DNA of 64,000 nucleotides from Klebsormidium nitens (taxonomy: Eukaryota > Plantae > Klebsormidiophyceae), in NCBI GenBank assembly GCA_000708835.1, contig DF236967.1, positions 124,001 through 188,000 of the forward strand. The letters are read 5' to 3'. The notes under the pieces were generated by a model, which did no database searches, had not been told where the DNA came from, and was given only the letters and a program-made list of their open reading frames with translations. Each line of letters starts with the position of its first letter. The stretch's first letter is position 1. Position numbers and translations under genes: made by a program. Positions 35,801-48,639 of this stretch are shown piece by piece.

Positions 35801-38738
35801 GGCAAGCAGGTACATTGTACCAAGTACCAGAATAGACAGAAAGCAGAAGCAGAATCCGAACGGTTTGCAAAGTCGTTCCAACCATTCCTGCCAAAAGCCA
35901 AATCTACTCTATGTGCGGTTTGTTCCTTCATGAATGGGCTTCAGTCGCTGTGCCACCATTCGGATAGCTCTGCTGAGACCCCCATGCCTTACCCACAGAC
36001 AGTCTAATATTCAAATTGCTGATCATTTGTTGGTATTATAGATCGTCACACCTGAAGCTCTCCAGCCGCCCTCAGCAGCTGCATGTGCGCTCTGGCCTCT
36101 CGCTCTTGGCAGGCGGCCGACTTGCGGGGCCCTTCTTCCTCTAGCTCTGCTATTCTCTGGTTTGCCAAGTCCAGCTCCCGACGCGTCCGTATGAGCTCCT
36201 CCTTGAACCGCCGCTTCTCGCGCGCCACGCGCATCTGCTCCTCCTGCGCCTGCTGCAGCTGCTCTGACACCACCTGGCAGGAGCGGTAGTGTTTAGTCTG
36301 CCCTGTTCGGTCTGGTGTCAACAAAGCGGACTCAAAACAACATAGATTGGCTTGGTGCTAGTCGGTAAAATATACAGGTGGCAAAGTTTTGAACCTCCCT
36401 CAGCAACTCAGTTCCATTGGCTCACGATGGCCTACTATGTTTCTTCACGGGTGCTCTTAGGTTTTAGTCTCAAGCATTGTTCCAGATCACTTTTTGACTG
36501 GAACCGCGGCTGTGAAGAGTCCGTTCAAAATTGGTACTGCTTCAAAACAACCCCGGAAAGAAGGCAGCATTCGGTGGAAGCCTTTGGAAGGATTCTCACC
36601 AGTACCTCCTCTCCCTGCCCCTCTATCAGCGCCTCCAGCATCCTGCCCCGTGACTGGTGCATCTCGTCGCTCTTCAGTGCATCCATTAGCGCTTCCTTCA
36701 GCTGCAACCCCAAAACCAATCCATCACATCAGCAACTGTTGCACAACAAGAGATTGAAGGATGGGGATTGGAGTCAAGGGTACACGATTTGCACACCGCA
36801 GGTCGAACAGGCAGTCAGCTGGCAAACTGCTGTCAGGCCCTCGCGCTGCTTTTGGTGATGAACGAGAGGCTGAGGTTTTGGCAGCCATGCCCCTTACCTT
36901 GAGCATCTGCTCCTCCTTGACGTACTTCAGATTGTCGAACTCCTGCTTGCACGTCTCCACAAAGATCTCCAGCCGCTGCAGCCAAGGCACACTTTGCATC
37001 ACAAGTTTGAAGAGACGGGAGTTGAGCACTCCAGCCACAACTGCGAATGGGGAGACTGGGAAGAAGGAAACGGGTTGCTCGCAGGAACTCATTCCAGCAC
37101 GAACACAACTTGATAGGGCAGTGCAAAATGCAGTAGCTAATGTGGAAGATGGAACCAGCCGCAGCAAACAAGTGCAAAGAACGACTCACTCTTGCAATTC
37201 CGTCAATGTCGATGCTGGTGGGGTTAGCGCTTCCGAGGACGTTTCCCACGACATCGCTGAAAGGAGAAGCGGGTGTCGCAGGCTGCACAATATCCAAAAG
37301 GTTGAGTTCATGCCTTTTTGCCGAAGGAGCGTCAAACATAGAGCGCGGGGATTGGCAAAGGAGAGTCCCTAAACTGATTGCAACGGTTGATCACTTTTGC
37401 AAACTTCATGTTTGGTTAGAGCCCAAACGCACCGTGACTTACGACTGAGATGTCCTGGGTACTCACAATTGCCTGTAGATGAGGTGCAAAGGGAGTCTTT
37501 GGCGACGGTAATGCGGCCGGACTGGTCAGCATCCGCCGGGCCAGCCCGCTGATCTCACTGCTGGCGGTCCTGGCATGCCCTGCAAGGACAGCGTGGATTC
37601 TACTCTCAAGAGTTTGGGGATCACAAGCATGCGTTCTTGAAGACACACGCAGGGTGAAATCAAATAAGGACTCCTGCAGCATGTATCTCCTGCTGCTGAG
37701 CAGCTATGTGCAGAAATGAAGTTGCGAGGAGTTGGCCTTCTTTGAAAAGTGGCTTGCCGTATTCACTGACCTGAGTTGGTTTCTAAATTGCTGGAGGCAG
37801 TTACATTGCCGTCCAGGACCAATGCAGGACGGGTCTGTGTGACAAGAGGGGATAGAGCGGGCAGGGCGGGGTTCTGCCGGCGCCAGCTAGTAGGCGACAG
37901 GGTTTGCCCGCGCTGCTGCTCTGAGTACCAGAGCTCCAGGTCCAGGATAGAGTCAACGATGCGAGCTGTGCGGCTGGGTCCATAGCCCTGAAGAGGGGAG
38001 AAAACCACTGTGACGATCCTGACCTGAACAATTGTCACTTTGAGTTCCTGTTCCACCAAAGCGCATACCTTCAGGCTGATGTGCAGGTTTTCAGGACGAT
38101 GAAATGACTGCTGGTAGCATCAAACCTTGTAGCATACAGAGTGCCTCTTAAGCAATTAGCTGTGACAACCTGATATTTTTGATCTGAGGCCTTGCCTTGC
38201 TGCACAGTTATTGCTTGAAGAAATGAAAAGCTAGTTCTAAAGGCATTCAGTTGGAAAGTTCCTCTGATGACTCCAAACATGATCACATGTTCAAATTACA
38301 GCCACTGGCTTGTGCACGCACCTTTTTCTCAAAGTCAGATGCCTCGAAGAGCTTCAGCTCGGGGTTCATGGCCTTTACCCTCCGCAGAAAGTTGCTGATA
38401 TTTTCCATGCTTTGGAATGCAGCATGCGCCTCTTGGTTGGAATCTGAATCAAATTGGACCACTTTGACTGTCTCCTGATGCGATTCAGCGAGGATTTTGT
38501 TCAGCATCTGTAGGAGAAGCACTCCATCGCTCAAGGACTCCTGAAACTGACCCTCAGACACGTCAGATGGAAGGCCCGCTCCCGACAGGTGGTTAATGAA
38601 TGCAACAGCTTGCTCGCGCCGCTGTGCAAAATCTGCAGCTTTGCGAGATGCCATTCGTGCGTCGCTGCTCATGCTCGCTTTGAGCGAGTTGCGCAGCGGA
38701 GACGGACACCAGGTCCTCGTGGACTTTGTGAAGACCAT
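29895..38738 (-). CDS. Kinesin-14 with N-terminal calponin-homology domain (KCH type)
   Basis: CH domain (..[30 protein letters not shown]), coiled coil, [24 protein letters not shown] neck, P-loop [35 protein letters not shown]; the tail ends RRQWV* at 29895. Confidence 0.95.
33042..33477 (-). other. GC-AG intron in kinesin-14
   Basis: Exon ends CAC AG|GCGAGC and the next exon starts ttcgcag|C GTC TTG ACC, restoring the conserved SRSHSVLTVHV. Confidence 0.85.
33643..33969 (-). other. U12-type AT-AC intron in kinesin-14
   Basis: 5' site ATATCCTTC at 33969-33961, branch TCCTTGAC at 33667-33660, 3' end ..ccgcAC at 33643; the join gives GPRS-LEIRN in frame. Confidence 0.92.
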
Positions 38739-39884
38739 GCTGACGGGGCAAACACGCGAAACTACTCTTCCAACATGTCACTTCCACAAGGAACACACTT
38801 TTTACAACTTGAGGTTGAGAAAACCTGTGTCTTCATAAGCGCAGGAAGGCGCCGGCACTTCGTCCCTGCAAATCATAAATACTGTTCGACAGGCCCACGA
38901 AGAGCATAAGCTGGCCTACAGTGTCATTAGGACAGGAGACTCCGCCTCTTTCCGGAGCATATTGTATTTTGACCGCCATTGCAGCTCTTCGCTCTCCGCT
39001 TCCCGCAGCATGGCCGCCCCAATTGGCAATTGCAGCTTGCATCAAAATCAAGCGTGTGCATTTTGAAGTTAGCCGCAGCTGACGTCAGTGTTTCTCAACT
39101 ACAGACCGCAGGATACACGCTCAAGGGTCATCCGGCGGCGTACAAGCGTCCCAAGAATCCGTTCACCCGATTTTCAAATTTTATGGAGAGGATGCCTCTG
39201 AGTCTGTCTGTTGACCCATGTTGAACTCGAAGCTTGGATCATCAACCGATCGCGCAGAAAACAGCGCGCGCAAATGGAATGTCTTGCGGCCTCCAATCAA
39301 AATCTAAATGAGACCGCAGTAAGTTAGAGACCGCAGAACAGCTGAACAGCAGAAGGCTGGGAAGCAGAGCTCTGTCAAAGTACATGGATCAAAATAGAGC
39401 CATTCTGATTTGTCGTAGCTAGCCGGAGTAGCGGCAGAATTTACAGGAGAGGCTCTACTTATCAGACTCAGTGTCAGTGCTTCAGCAAATTTCTACGAAC
39501 TGGCCAATTGGCAAACTTGGTATGGTAGATTCATGTCTTCTCGGGCATCGGGTAAAAAGCCTGCAGATTTGGAGCAGGCTGCAGGACCTGGTCAGTCAGG
39601 GCGAGGCATCTAAAGAGGATCTGAAGCCTCATCAGTATAGGCCGCTCATTAAGTCAGGAATAGTAAAATAGTCTGATGCTAGTGTCCCGAAACGTGGTTG
39701 TCACAACAGGGCATCCTTGATGACTCCGACCATTGTTTGTAAGGCCTCCGAACCTGCATCAAGATTCCAAAACGTACCTCGAGTCAGTTCGTATTGCTGT
39801 AGCGATTGGGGCCTATGTTGATTCTTGCTTCAGCTGCGCTTCGATACCGGGAGCTCTGGGGAGATCCAGAAAAAGGGGGGCACA

Positions 39885-42800
39885 ATGGGGGCTGGTGCCT
39901 CGGCTGCCAGAGGCAACGGAGCTGGCAGGCAGGGTCCCTGGGCAATTACGGTAAGACCAGAATATCAAGCTCTGAGACGCCTTTCTCAATACAAGCAGCA
40001 TTGAGCACCAGTTTACCAAGGAAAAGATTGGGGTAATGCTTGAAAGGATACTTTGGCTGGACGGGACACTCCTTCACGAATAGTCATAGAAGCCTTTGAC
40101 AAGGCTTAGGTGGGTCGAGTCGACTTCAATGTCCTGCTGCCCACTTAAAGTGGACGAATGCAGCAGAGACGCTCTGTGAGAGGCTAGAACAAGCTGCAGA
40201 AGTGGCATCAAGAGGAGCGTTCGCGGTGAAGCTGACTGATGCCTGCGGAGCTCTTCTCTGCGGTGCAATCAAACGTCACCTTTAATCGAGACCTCCTTCT
40301 TTCATCGCAGTTCAAAATGGTTGTGCAGCTCCTCTTCGAAAGCACTCGCTTCAGCAGAACCTTAAAGTCGATTCCCTTTGCAGGACAACAGCATAGCTGG
40401 CGACACGTTCGTCTTTGCTGTCAAGCAGCACGTTCAGTGCACTTTCGAGGGGCTGGGGTCCCTACATGGGTGCCGCCATGAGGATTACCGTCGGCAAGGG
40501 GGCAAGGGCGCCATCAATGGCCTCCACTCGGACTGGGTCACAGAGGACGTGCTGGCAATGGCCCGCCCGTCGGACCGCCTATTGCAGGAGTACGACATTG
40601 TGGGGCAGTTCGAGAAAGCGGGGATTGCAGGCATTATCAATCTGCAGGTGGGAGCGCAGCAGACTGAATGGTTCAGGGGCTGTGCAGCGCTTTCTTTAGG
40701 GTGGATAATGGCAAGGGAGCTGGCCGTTTTGAGAATGGAAGGACTGGAATAAGTGCGAGCTCGCTTCTCGGCCTCTTTGCAGTCAGGTCGGTGCAGAGGA
40801 ATCAGAGGTTAATTTCATGTTTTATGGGATAGCAAACCCACTGAAGCCGTCATGCTTGCTCTGGAGCTGGTCTCAAGAGCTTTCTTTCGTGAAAAGACAG
40901 CGGAGACACGTGGTGAAAGGTTTGCCAGCGAGGTATTGAAATGAACGATTCCGTATGTCAGTTAGGATATGTTGCGACCAAAACTCTTAAAGGCAGGACC
41001 ATCGAGCTTTCCTTTCAGCAAGTTGAACTATAACAGGGACGGCTCACGAGAACCAAAGCCTCGCACTCTGCAGAAAGAACAAACCTGCCGTCTCATTATC
41101 ACGTGCCCGAAGTCGTTTTCTGATTGGCAGCAAAAATGGGTTCTAACATAAGGAGCGCTTTCTGAATCGCAGGAGGTGGGTGAGCATGCCGGGTGTGGCG
41201 ACGGCATCCTCCCCGGAAGCGGCTTTTCATACACACCGGAAAAGTTCATGGCCCACGGAATATTTCATTACAACTTCTCCTGGCGGGACATGGGCTGCCC
41301 TGCGCTGGACTACACGCTCAACATCGTCCAAGTAGTTGCCTTCACGATCGATGCGGGACGCAAGATTGCGGTCCATTGCCATGCGGGCCTGGGTCGCACA
41401 GGGCTCGTGATTGCGTGCTACCTGGTGTTTACGGACAAGTTCTTGCCGGCGGAGGTGAGACTGGCGATCGGTCTACTGCTGACTCAGCGTGTTCGTGACG
41501 GTCCAGATACGTGTACTCTGTCAGTCACTGGAATGCCCCTGACATTCAAAGCTCAAGAACCTCGCTCCAGCATTCATGTTGGTGATCTTTTCGCTCACTT
41601 AAGAAAGTGAGCTGGCCTTTCGAAGTGGGTCTTCTTCACCAAACAATCGGTCTCGGAGAAAAGGAGTGATAGGAGTTCGATGTAATCAAAACGACTCAAT
41701 GGCTACAAAGTGTCATCCGACGAGGTTTAAGAGTACGAAGGTTGAATAGAGCAGAAAGGTCTTAGCGCTGCATCAAAGCTGAACGCCAAACAATTTTGTT
41801 TATAAAGGTGAGGGCGGTGGCACTTTCTTTGGACGCGAAGCAGTACTTTGTATCAAGAAGACTGACCTTTGGCAAACTTCCCCGCCACATTCGCTGCCAG
41901 CCACAATTGGCTAGAACACAGGGACCTGGCTTCGTCGAAGAAGCAAAGTACGATAGGAGTGAATCTTTAGCCGTCAATTTCGCTCTCATACCTCTGCAGG
42001 CCGTAGCTGAGGTGCGGAGGCGCCGCCCCGGCTCCCTCCAGACACGTGCCCAAGTTGAGCACGTGACCAAGTTCGCAAACTACCTCGCACTCCTGAGGAC
42101 CGTCTTTCCTCCTTCCAACCATAAGAAACACCCCGCGGCCTCGCTGCTAACCCTGATCGCTAATCAGCGCCGGTTACTGCACGGCGAGATCGGCGTTAGG
42201 CTTCGTTACGTGCCCCGGTTAGTAGACGAAGTTAGCCGGGAATTACGAGACCGAGCAAAGAGCGAAGACGGCTCACGAGCGGCGTCGAGTGTTCTGCAAG
42301 ATACGGAAGAAACAGGGTTAAGGGGTCGGTTAGGAGGCGAAGACCAGCGCCAAATAGAGGTGGTTAAGCAGCAGATTAATGGTGGGCAGTGGGCGGGTTT
42401 GGCGAGGTTGGGGCCTGCGGCGCTTGCACAATTGCTCCTGAACTGGCTGCGGACTCTGGAGGTAAGGACAGACGTTCACAAAAAACCCTACGATGGATGA
42501 AATACGATCCGTGACTCCCGTTGCTGCCTCGAGGATATGAAAAGGAAGGCGGTGGATGCGCGTCTTTCTGACCCGGGTAGTGCGTGCTATCATTCAAGGA
42601 AGTCGAAAAGAAAGCCTGCTCCGGACGCGGCAGAAGGCCGTCCAGGAAAAGAGATATGCTAGGCGCTTTCACTTTTCTCGCCAGTATCGTTACCTCGAGA
42701 TTGTAAGAAGCGCAACGAGATCCAAACGAAGATGTCTTAAAATGTTGCGTCCAACCCTTCCACACATCAGCGACTGAGAAAGATCGAAGCCTCGAAAGGT

Positions 42801-44146
42801 CTGCCGTTATCCTCGAATAAGACTACATCCTCCCAATCCTTCCTACCTCTCCGCAGGAGTGCATGATACCAACCGAAGTCCTGCACAACACTCTCGCAGC
42901 CAACTCCGTATCCGAAGCAGCATCCCGGTTGCAAGCTGCCGGCAAGGTGGCGTTCCGGACGCTCCGGACGCTCGCGCAGCTCATGCTGGACGTCTCTAGA
43001 GGCGACCGGACGCTGGAGACGCGGCTCGCGCAGCGGCTCGCCTGGGAGGTTCTGCGGCCGGTTCCTCCGGTGATTTCGGGTGAGGAAGGAGATCGGTCAC
43101 TCGTATGGAGTTAAGGACAGGTTGACAACTGTTAAGATGCAGCCTGTCCCATGTGCCGAATGTCAGAGGCTTTTGAGATGGTTTACAGCGTAGTAGAGTT
43201 TCATGCGATCGGTTCGTTTAAAGACGGAACGTGGGGCGATAAAGGGGCATACCTTTATCTGGTTAATATGGCGAAGAGGTGCGCTCGGCGGTGTTTGCTT
43301 GCTTTATCGTCTCGAGCAGTTGAGATCAATAAACGGCCTGCTTCAACGGCTTTGCCGTAAGCCTTGACGCGGACGTCCTGTGAGTTCGGGCCGCCTGCCG
43401 CCAGTACTTCAACTCGGAAGCACCGTTAGATGTGGTTTCTAGATAGCCGCAGATCTCATGTTGCTCCAAGTCACGTGCTTGGCAGACCCATCGGCTTGGC
43501 GCAAACTTCGAGGTGAAAAGTGTTTCATGTAACACAACGAGGGTTCTCCTGTTTGGGGCCGTTTTCGACGTAAATGTTTGGAGCAAACTGCGCTACCGAT
43601 TTGAATCATCTGTGTCATTATTGGCCCCAGCCAATTCAAATCCCCTCCGTTTCCGCAGGCGACGGTCCATCTGCGGATCCCCTGGAGTGGTCGCCCCAGT
43701 TGGGTCGCATCCTAGTCGCCACTCTTGAAGTTGAGCAACCCTTCTCGCCGGCGGCCAGCACCCCTTTCGGAACAGCCTACATGTCGCCGTTTCTCCAAGA
43801 CACGTCTTCCAGGGGGTCAGAAAGCCGTGTAGAACAGTCTACCGTCAAGGCCAGATCGGCCCCCGAGAGGACAGCAGACATCCAGCCGGGTTGTGTTAAC
43901 ACAGGTACTCCTCCAGAAGCAGGTTTAGCGTCTAAAGGTTATCCGTTAGATGGGGCCAGTGGCGGATCAGCGGGAAACGATCGTGGGTATAACGGAGCTC
44001 CGGGGGGACTGCACGTGAGCGGAGGGCGCGGATTGGACGGAAAGCAAGCAGGGCACGTGGAAAGCCATCCGCGCGCCCAAAAAGGGGAGGTCGTTTTGAA
44101 CGGTGGTGCTGCGTTGCCCATGATTCGGACACAGCAGCGGACCTGA
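39885..44146 (+). CDS. PTPDC1: PTPDC1-like protein tyrosine/dual-specificity phosphatase, ~594 aa
   Basis: Exons 39885-39950, 40384-40647, 41173-41454, 42000-42461, 42857-43079, 43659-44146 in frame. Motifs AINGLHSDWVTEDVLAMARPS, INLQ-EVGEHAGCG, FSWRDMG, catalytic HCHAGLGRT (41374-41400), RRRPGSLQT. Confidence 0.9.
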
Positions 44147-45178
44147 TCGACATGCTCCAAAGTATTTGTAAAATTCTAACATTATAACATTCTACATGGT
44201 AAGATTTTAACAGCGCAGCACTCTCTAACGCTGACCGGCAATCGGAATTGCAAGGGGGATGATCTGCGATCAGCAAATGTACAGAAGGCATCTGGTTTTT
44301 GAACACGAGCTTAGGCAGTTGCCGCTCTGATCAAAACGGCGCGGTGAAACTTAGTATTATCGATCGTGTTGGAGCCAATCTGAGAAAGAATCCTGCCAAA
44401 CGGTTCTATGATGATTTTTCTGTCATTTTGCCGCTCCTTTTTGCCTCATTGGTAGCCAGTCCAATGCACAATTTGTCAGAGGGCTCCGATGAGTACCATT
44501 CCGTCCTGATTCCGTTCCTGTGCATACACCGCAATTGAATCGGCACTTGAACATGCATGCTTGGATTGAGAAGTCGAACCGGAGTCACCTTGTTTGTGAT
44601 TCTGTCCCTACATAATTGCCAATCAATGTTATTCCGCATTCGAATCGACCGGCCTAGAGAACACATAAAATTCTTCCCTTCTGATTTGGCAGTGATGAAA
44701 TATATAAAGACTTCTCATGCGCGCAATCCTCCGTCGAGTGCCGACGACAGCTTCAATGATGCGTTGAGACGTCGATGAATAAAGCGCATATCTTAAATTT
44801 AGGTATTCGGTTTCGAAGAGGAGCGCTTCAGACTCAATTGCTGCGCATCGTTGACTAGAACCGTGAGGAATCTATCCTGTGCACTCTTTAAGCTGTAGAA
44901 CTATATTCTTTCTTCCGAGGGTCGCTGATTGTAGAACTGCGGAGCTTTCACAGAGCTGTCCTTAAGCTATTCCGTACACTTGGAGCTGGCTAATGAAGAC
45001 GAGGCTGTTGGTTTTCATGAAGACGGATTGCAACGAGAGAAGCAACGGGGGCCGGTACTTTTCGACCAACTCAGACCCAGGATGAGGTCAAGCTGAATTG
45101 AAATGCTAAACATGGAGGACCTTCCGGGTCAGAACAAGCATCGATCACCACTGCGCGTGGCATTCGGGAACATAAAAC

Positions 45179-45345
45179 TTCAGGTAAAGTAATTTGCAGG
45201 TAAAGTAAGCCAAGCAGCCTCAGTGGGACGGGTGGAGTTAGTCTGGGGGTTAGGGTGGGTTCGGGTGCGGAGCGGGTGATTTTGAGGTTCAGGATATTAG
45301 TGTCAGGCTGGGGGCTTACTTTACCGGGGGCTTACTTTACCTGAA
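45179..45345. mobile_element. MITE-like element with terminal inverted repeats
   Basis: ttcaggtaaagtaa (45179-45192) and its perfect reverse complement (45332-45345); the GGTAAAGTAA motif occurs twice at 16-nt spacing at each end. No target-site duplication identified. Confidence 0.5.
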
Positions 45346-47519
45346 TTGAAAAGACATTTCAGGAACGGCGACTTCGTGCTGATCCCATGCATGCCTCTGG
45401 GCATTCATGATAACGTCGATATCAAAAACTCTGATACGAATCAAAGCGTGTGAAGATTCGGGGCGGAGCGGACAAAGCTGAAAGGCGAGGGAGCCTGCAC
45501 GTGCGTTTAAGCTTTGCAAAGATTAGTTTTCAGCATTTACCTCCTACTTCGAGCAGCACGCATACGCATACGCTAACGATGTCAAGAAGAAGTCGAGAGC
45601 TGTGTCTGTGCATTTGGTGTTCCGACGAGCAGTGGGCTGCGTCTGAAGCCCCTTCTCGGCACGTTCTGCATCCCTGCTTAGCTTACCAATTCTACGCGAA
45701 CACCTTCAGGCTGGTCCGACGTGCTTTTCCCCGCAGGGTCAGTTCTGTGTCTGCCTTGGAAGAACACCACGAGACTCCTGAAATCTTTCTGAAGCAGAAC
45801 AAGTATCCTCAGACTCTTCAATAGCCAACGGTGGATGATTTTACTTCACTCACGTCGTGGAAGAGTGCGTCCGAATGCGTTCCCCTTTCTCCTCTACATG
45901 TTTAGTCCTGGCCCACTCCGGCCGACTCTTTACCATCAAACCACCCTTTTGATTTGTTGATCCCCTTGTCAGGCTGTCACAGTGCAGAACGCGCGCTTGA
46001 CGTCAATTTGCTCGTCACCTGCAGGAGTTATGAGGCAGTCCTACTGTACCTAGGCATCCTCACAACGACTCGGCGCGGCTCGGTGGCGCCAGCGGGGTTA
46101 AACGCATCAGACGTCGCAATAAAAGTGTAGATAAACCACAGAAAGATGCGTAACTTGAGTTGCGGACTATATCATAACTTCTCTGGACTAAGCAAGCAAG
46201 CTCAAGTCGAATATCGAATACAGGAGTCAGAAGCCTGTACCTGGGCCTTGCAAGATCGTTTTTGAACGCTCGTCCATGCAAAGGCTGTTCCTTTTGAGGA
46301 CGTATCATGATAAAGCTGATGCATCATCATGATGAGGTAAAGGGAGTTCTGACGTACGTAACAAGCGGGCTGCAAGGGAGAATTGGAGTGATCGTCCCCA
46401 AGTGGTGATTTGTGATTGTGGGGGCTTGTCTCATGTGAAGTCGCTTTCAGATGGCGATTGCTCTGCATGTAAAAGACTCCTGCGAATTGCACGATTTCTT
46501 GTCGAGAAGGAATAGCCTTGGAGCCTTGAGACTGCTGCGAAATGGTCGCCCTGCGATGCTGTAGTACCGTGACATCACGAGATTGCCAACATCAGACATT
46601 TCTTTGTTTTGTAGCGACCTTGTCTCTGGGTCGTATGAACGTGCCACGGAGCTGCACCCTTCATTGCAGGCATTCCTGATTTTGGGCAAACGTAAGTCAC
46701 GATTGGCAGAGCCCGATAAGGAGCCATTCCGCCAGAAGAACAGCGTATAACCTGGTGATTGGACTTTTGAACTTGCTTCATCACTACATGATCATTCAAA
46801 TCGCACAGTCGTGACGTGGTCGTGACGATCTCATGACCGAGATCATCAACAACTCAGCCTCATGTATAAATACGTTGACATTAGGACGTCCCATAAACGT
46901 GCCCGACTTGAGGTCACCTCAACTCGACTTGAAAAGGTTCCGGCTGCTCTCAATCGAAACACAGAGCTTTCAGTCGCTGGCAATGTCTGATGTCACGGGG
47001 GCGCCAAGTCACGATCGGAGCCGACCGTAGCGGCTTGAGGAGGTTTGGGCCATGCCCGGAAGGCGGCGGCTACGCAAATACTGGATAAGGTAATCGACAA
47101 CGTCACGGTACGTTCGCAAAAGTTTACGGCGATCCTGACTTGCAGGGAGTGCTTTTGTAGCCTGGCACGTGGCATGGAACCAGGTGTGGCTGAGGATTGT
47201 CGAGCGAGCAGGTCGTCGAGGCGCCAACTAGGTAGTAACTTCCCTGAACTCCACCCGCTTTTAGCCAGCCTGGCAATGATTGTGGTGATGCAATAAGGTA
47301 CGGCTCTGTCACCTCAGTCGATCGTGAACGTACTGAAGTCCGACTGCTTTATACCTGTGCTGGTGACCCTGAAGCCCGATTCCAAATGTGCCGGAGCTAG
47401 CCTGGGGCCGTCTCCCGGGGTCTCTATCTAGACCTTCCTGCGTATGTATACTGCCCGGTTACCTCCCGTATTCCCTCTGGGAGTCCGCCCGCCTAGCTTC
47501 GAATTCACAGAATTGTAGA

Positions 47520-47940
47520 CTGCGTAGTACGTACCGTACCCCAGTATTAGGTATAAGTGTGGCTACGTACTGTGGGGCCTGGGCCTGTGTATTAGGTACC
47601 GGTACCTATAAAGAGTTCCAGCTGTCTGGGGGTGAATCATTATCGTACGAAAGCCGGCGGCGGGAGTTTGCAGGTGCATGGACAAATTAAATTCAGCTCT
47701 GGAGCTGAAATTCGGTACGTACAGGACCCAAGGTCGTGCAGGTACCGTCCGGACATTCATCATGCACGTACCTAGTCCTAGATCGGTACGTGCGGCCGGT
47801 ACTCATGAAGCGCGCTTGACGGTTGTGCCAGCTAGAAAGAGCGTAAGTACCTACCTAGACTAGCTGAGGCTAGACCTGTACTTTGAGTATTGAGCTCCAG
47901 CAACCAGCCTCCAGCCTACGGTAACTTGACACCGTACCAG
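47520..47940. repeat. GTAC/CTAG-rich block with short palindromes and hairpins
   Basis: 16 GTAC counted in about 410 bp; palindrome taggtaccggtaccta (47593-47608); stems ttcagctc..gagctgaa and gcacgtacc..ggtacgtgc. Confidence 0.6.
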
Positions 47941-48639
47941 TTTTGGACCGTCCCGACGGCACTTTGTTCGACGTAGTGAGCTATCGAATCTGTCGGCTCT
48001 TCTCCGGTCCGCGGGCTCAACCCTTTATTCGGTCGGCTTGTTCCACCCAATTGCACGCACCTCAACCAGTGTCGGATCAGCTTTTTGTCCGACGACCCTC
48101 GGTTGAGGCGGCCGGGTGGCAACACCGTCGTCCCGTCGGCTGACGTTTGCCTGGTGCGTTGCTCGTGTCGAAGGCTGAGTCCGTGCACGCGCACGGTGCA
48201 CCGACTCAAATGTACGCGGTACAATCGAGAACCAAGCATGTCAGCTAGCGGCTGACCTGCATTGTAGGTAGCATGAGTCATGACAACTGATCCAAAATGG
48301 GTGGTCGGTTCCTGCCAGACTGTCAGACACGAATTAGAAGTTGACAATGACTGAGTCATGATGGGTACGTACTTGTCGTTTGCCGAGTCTAGCCAGCTGC
48401 ATTGCTGCATTGCCCCTGCATTGCACACCTCGCAGAAGGTCCATTGCATTCCCACTGTCTCGACTGGCGCTCCCTGTATAAAGTGTTGCTTTCGTTTGCG
48501 ACAGAAACCAAAAGCGCTCTTCAAACCGCAGCGATCAGATAAGAGTGAGCCGAAACTCTCCTGCCTTCTGCGCTTTGCAAGCCTTTGAAGCTGCACAGGA
48601 GTGAGCGCTAGCTTCTTCTCTGGGTGGAACAGCAGGAGC

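Noticed and set aside
41796-41999. N-terminal 68 aa of ORF 41796-42500 as coding
   Set aside because: Intronic read-through; the acceptor at 41999 gives the phase-correct PTPDC1 junction.
26481-46817. Shared 14-mer cacagtcgtgacgt at 26481 and 46804 as possible transposon ends
   Set aside because: Same orientation, no extension, and several 14-nt matches are expected by chance in 64 kb.
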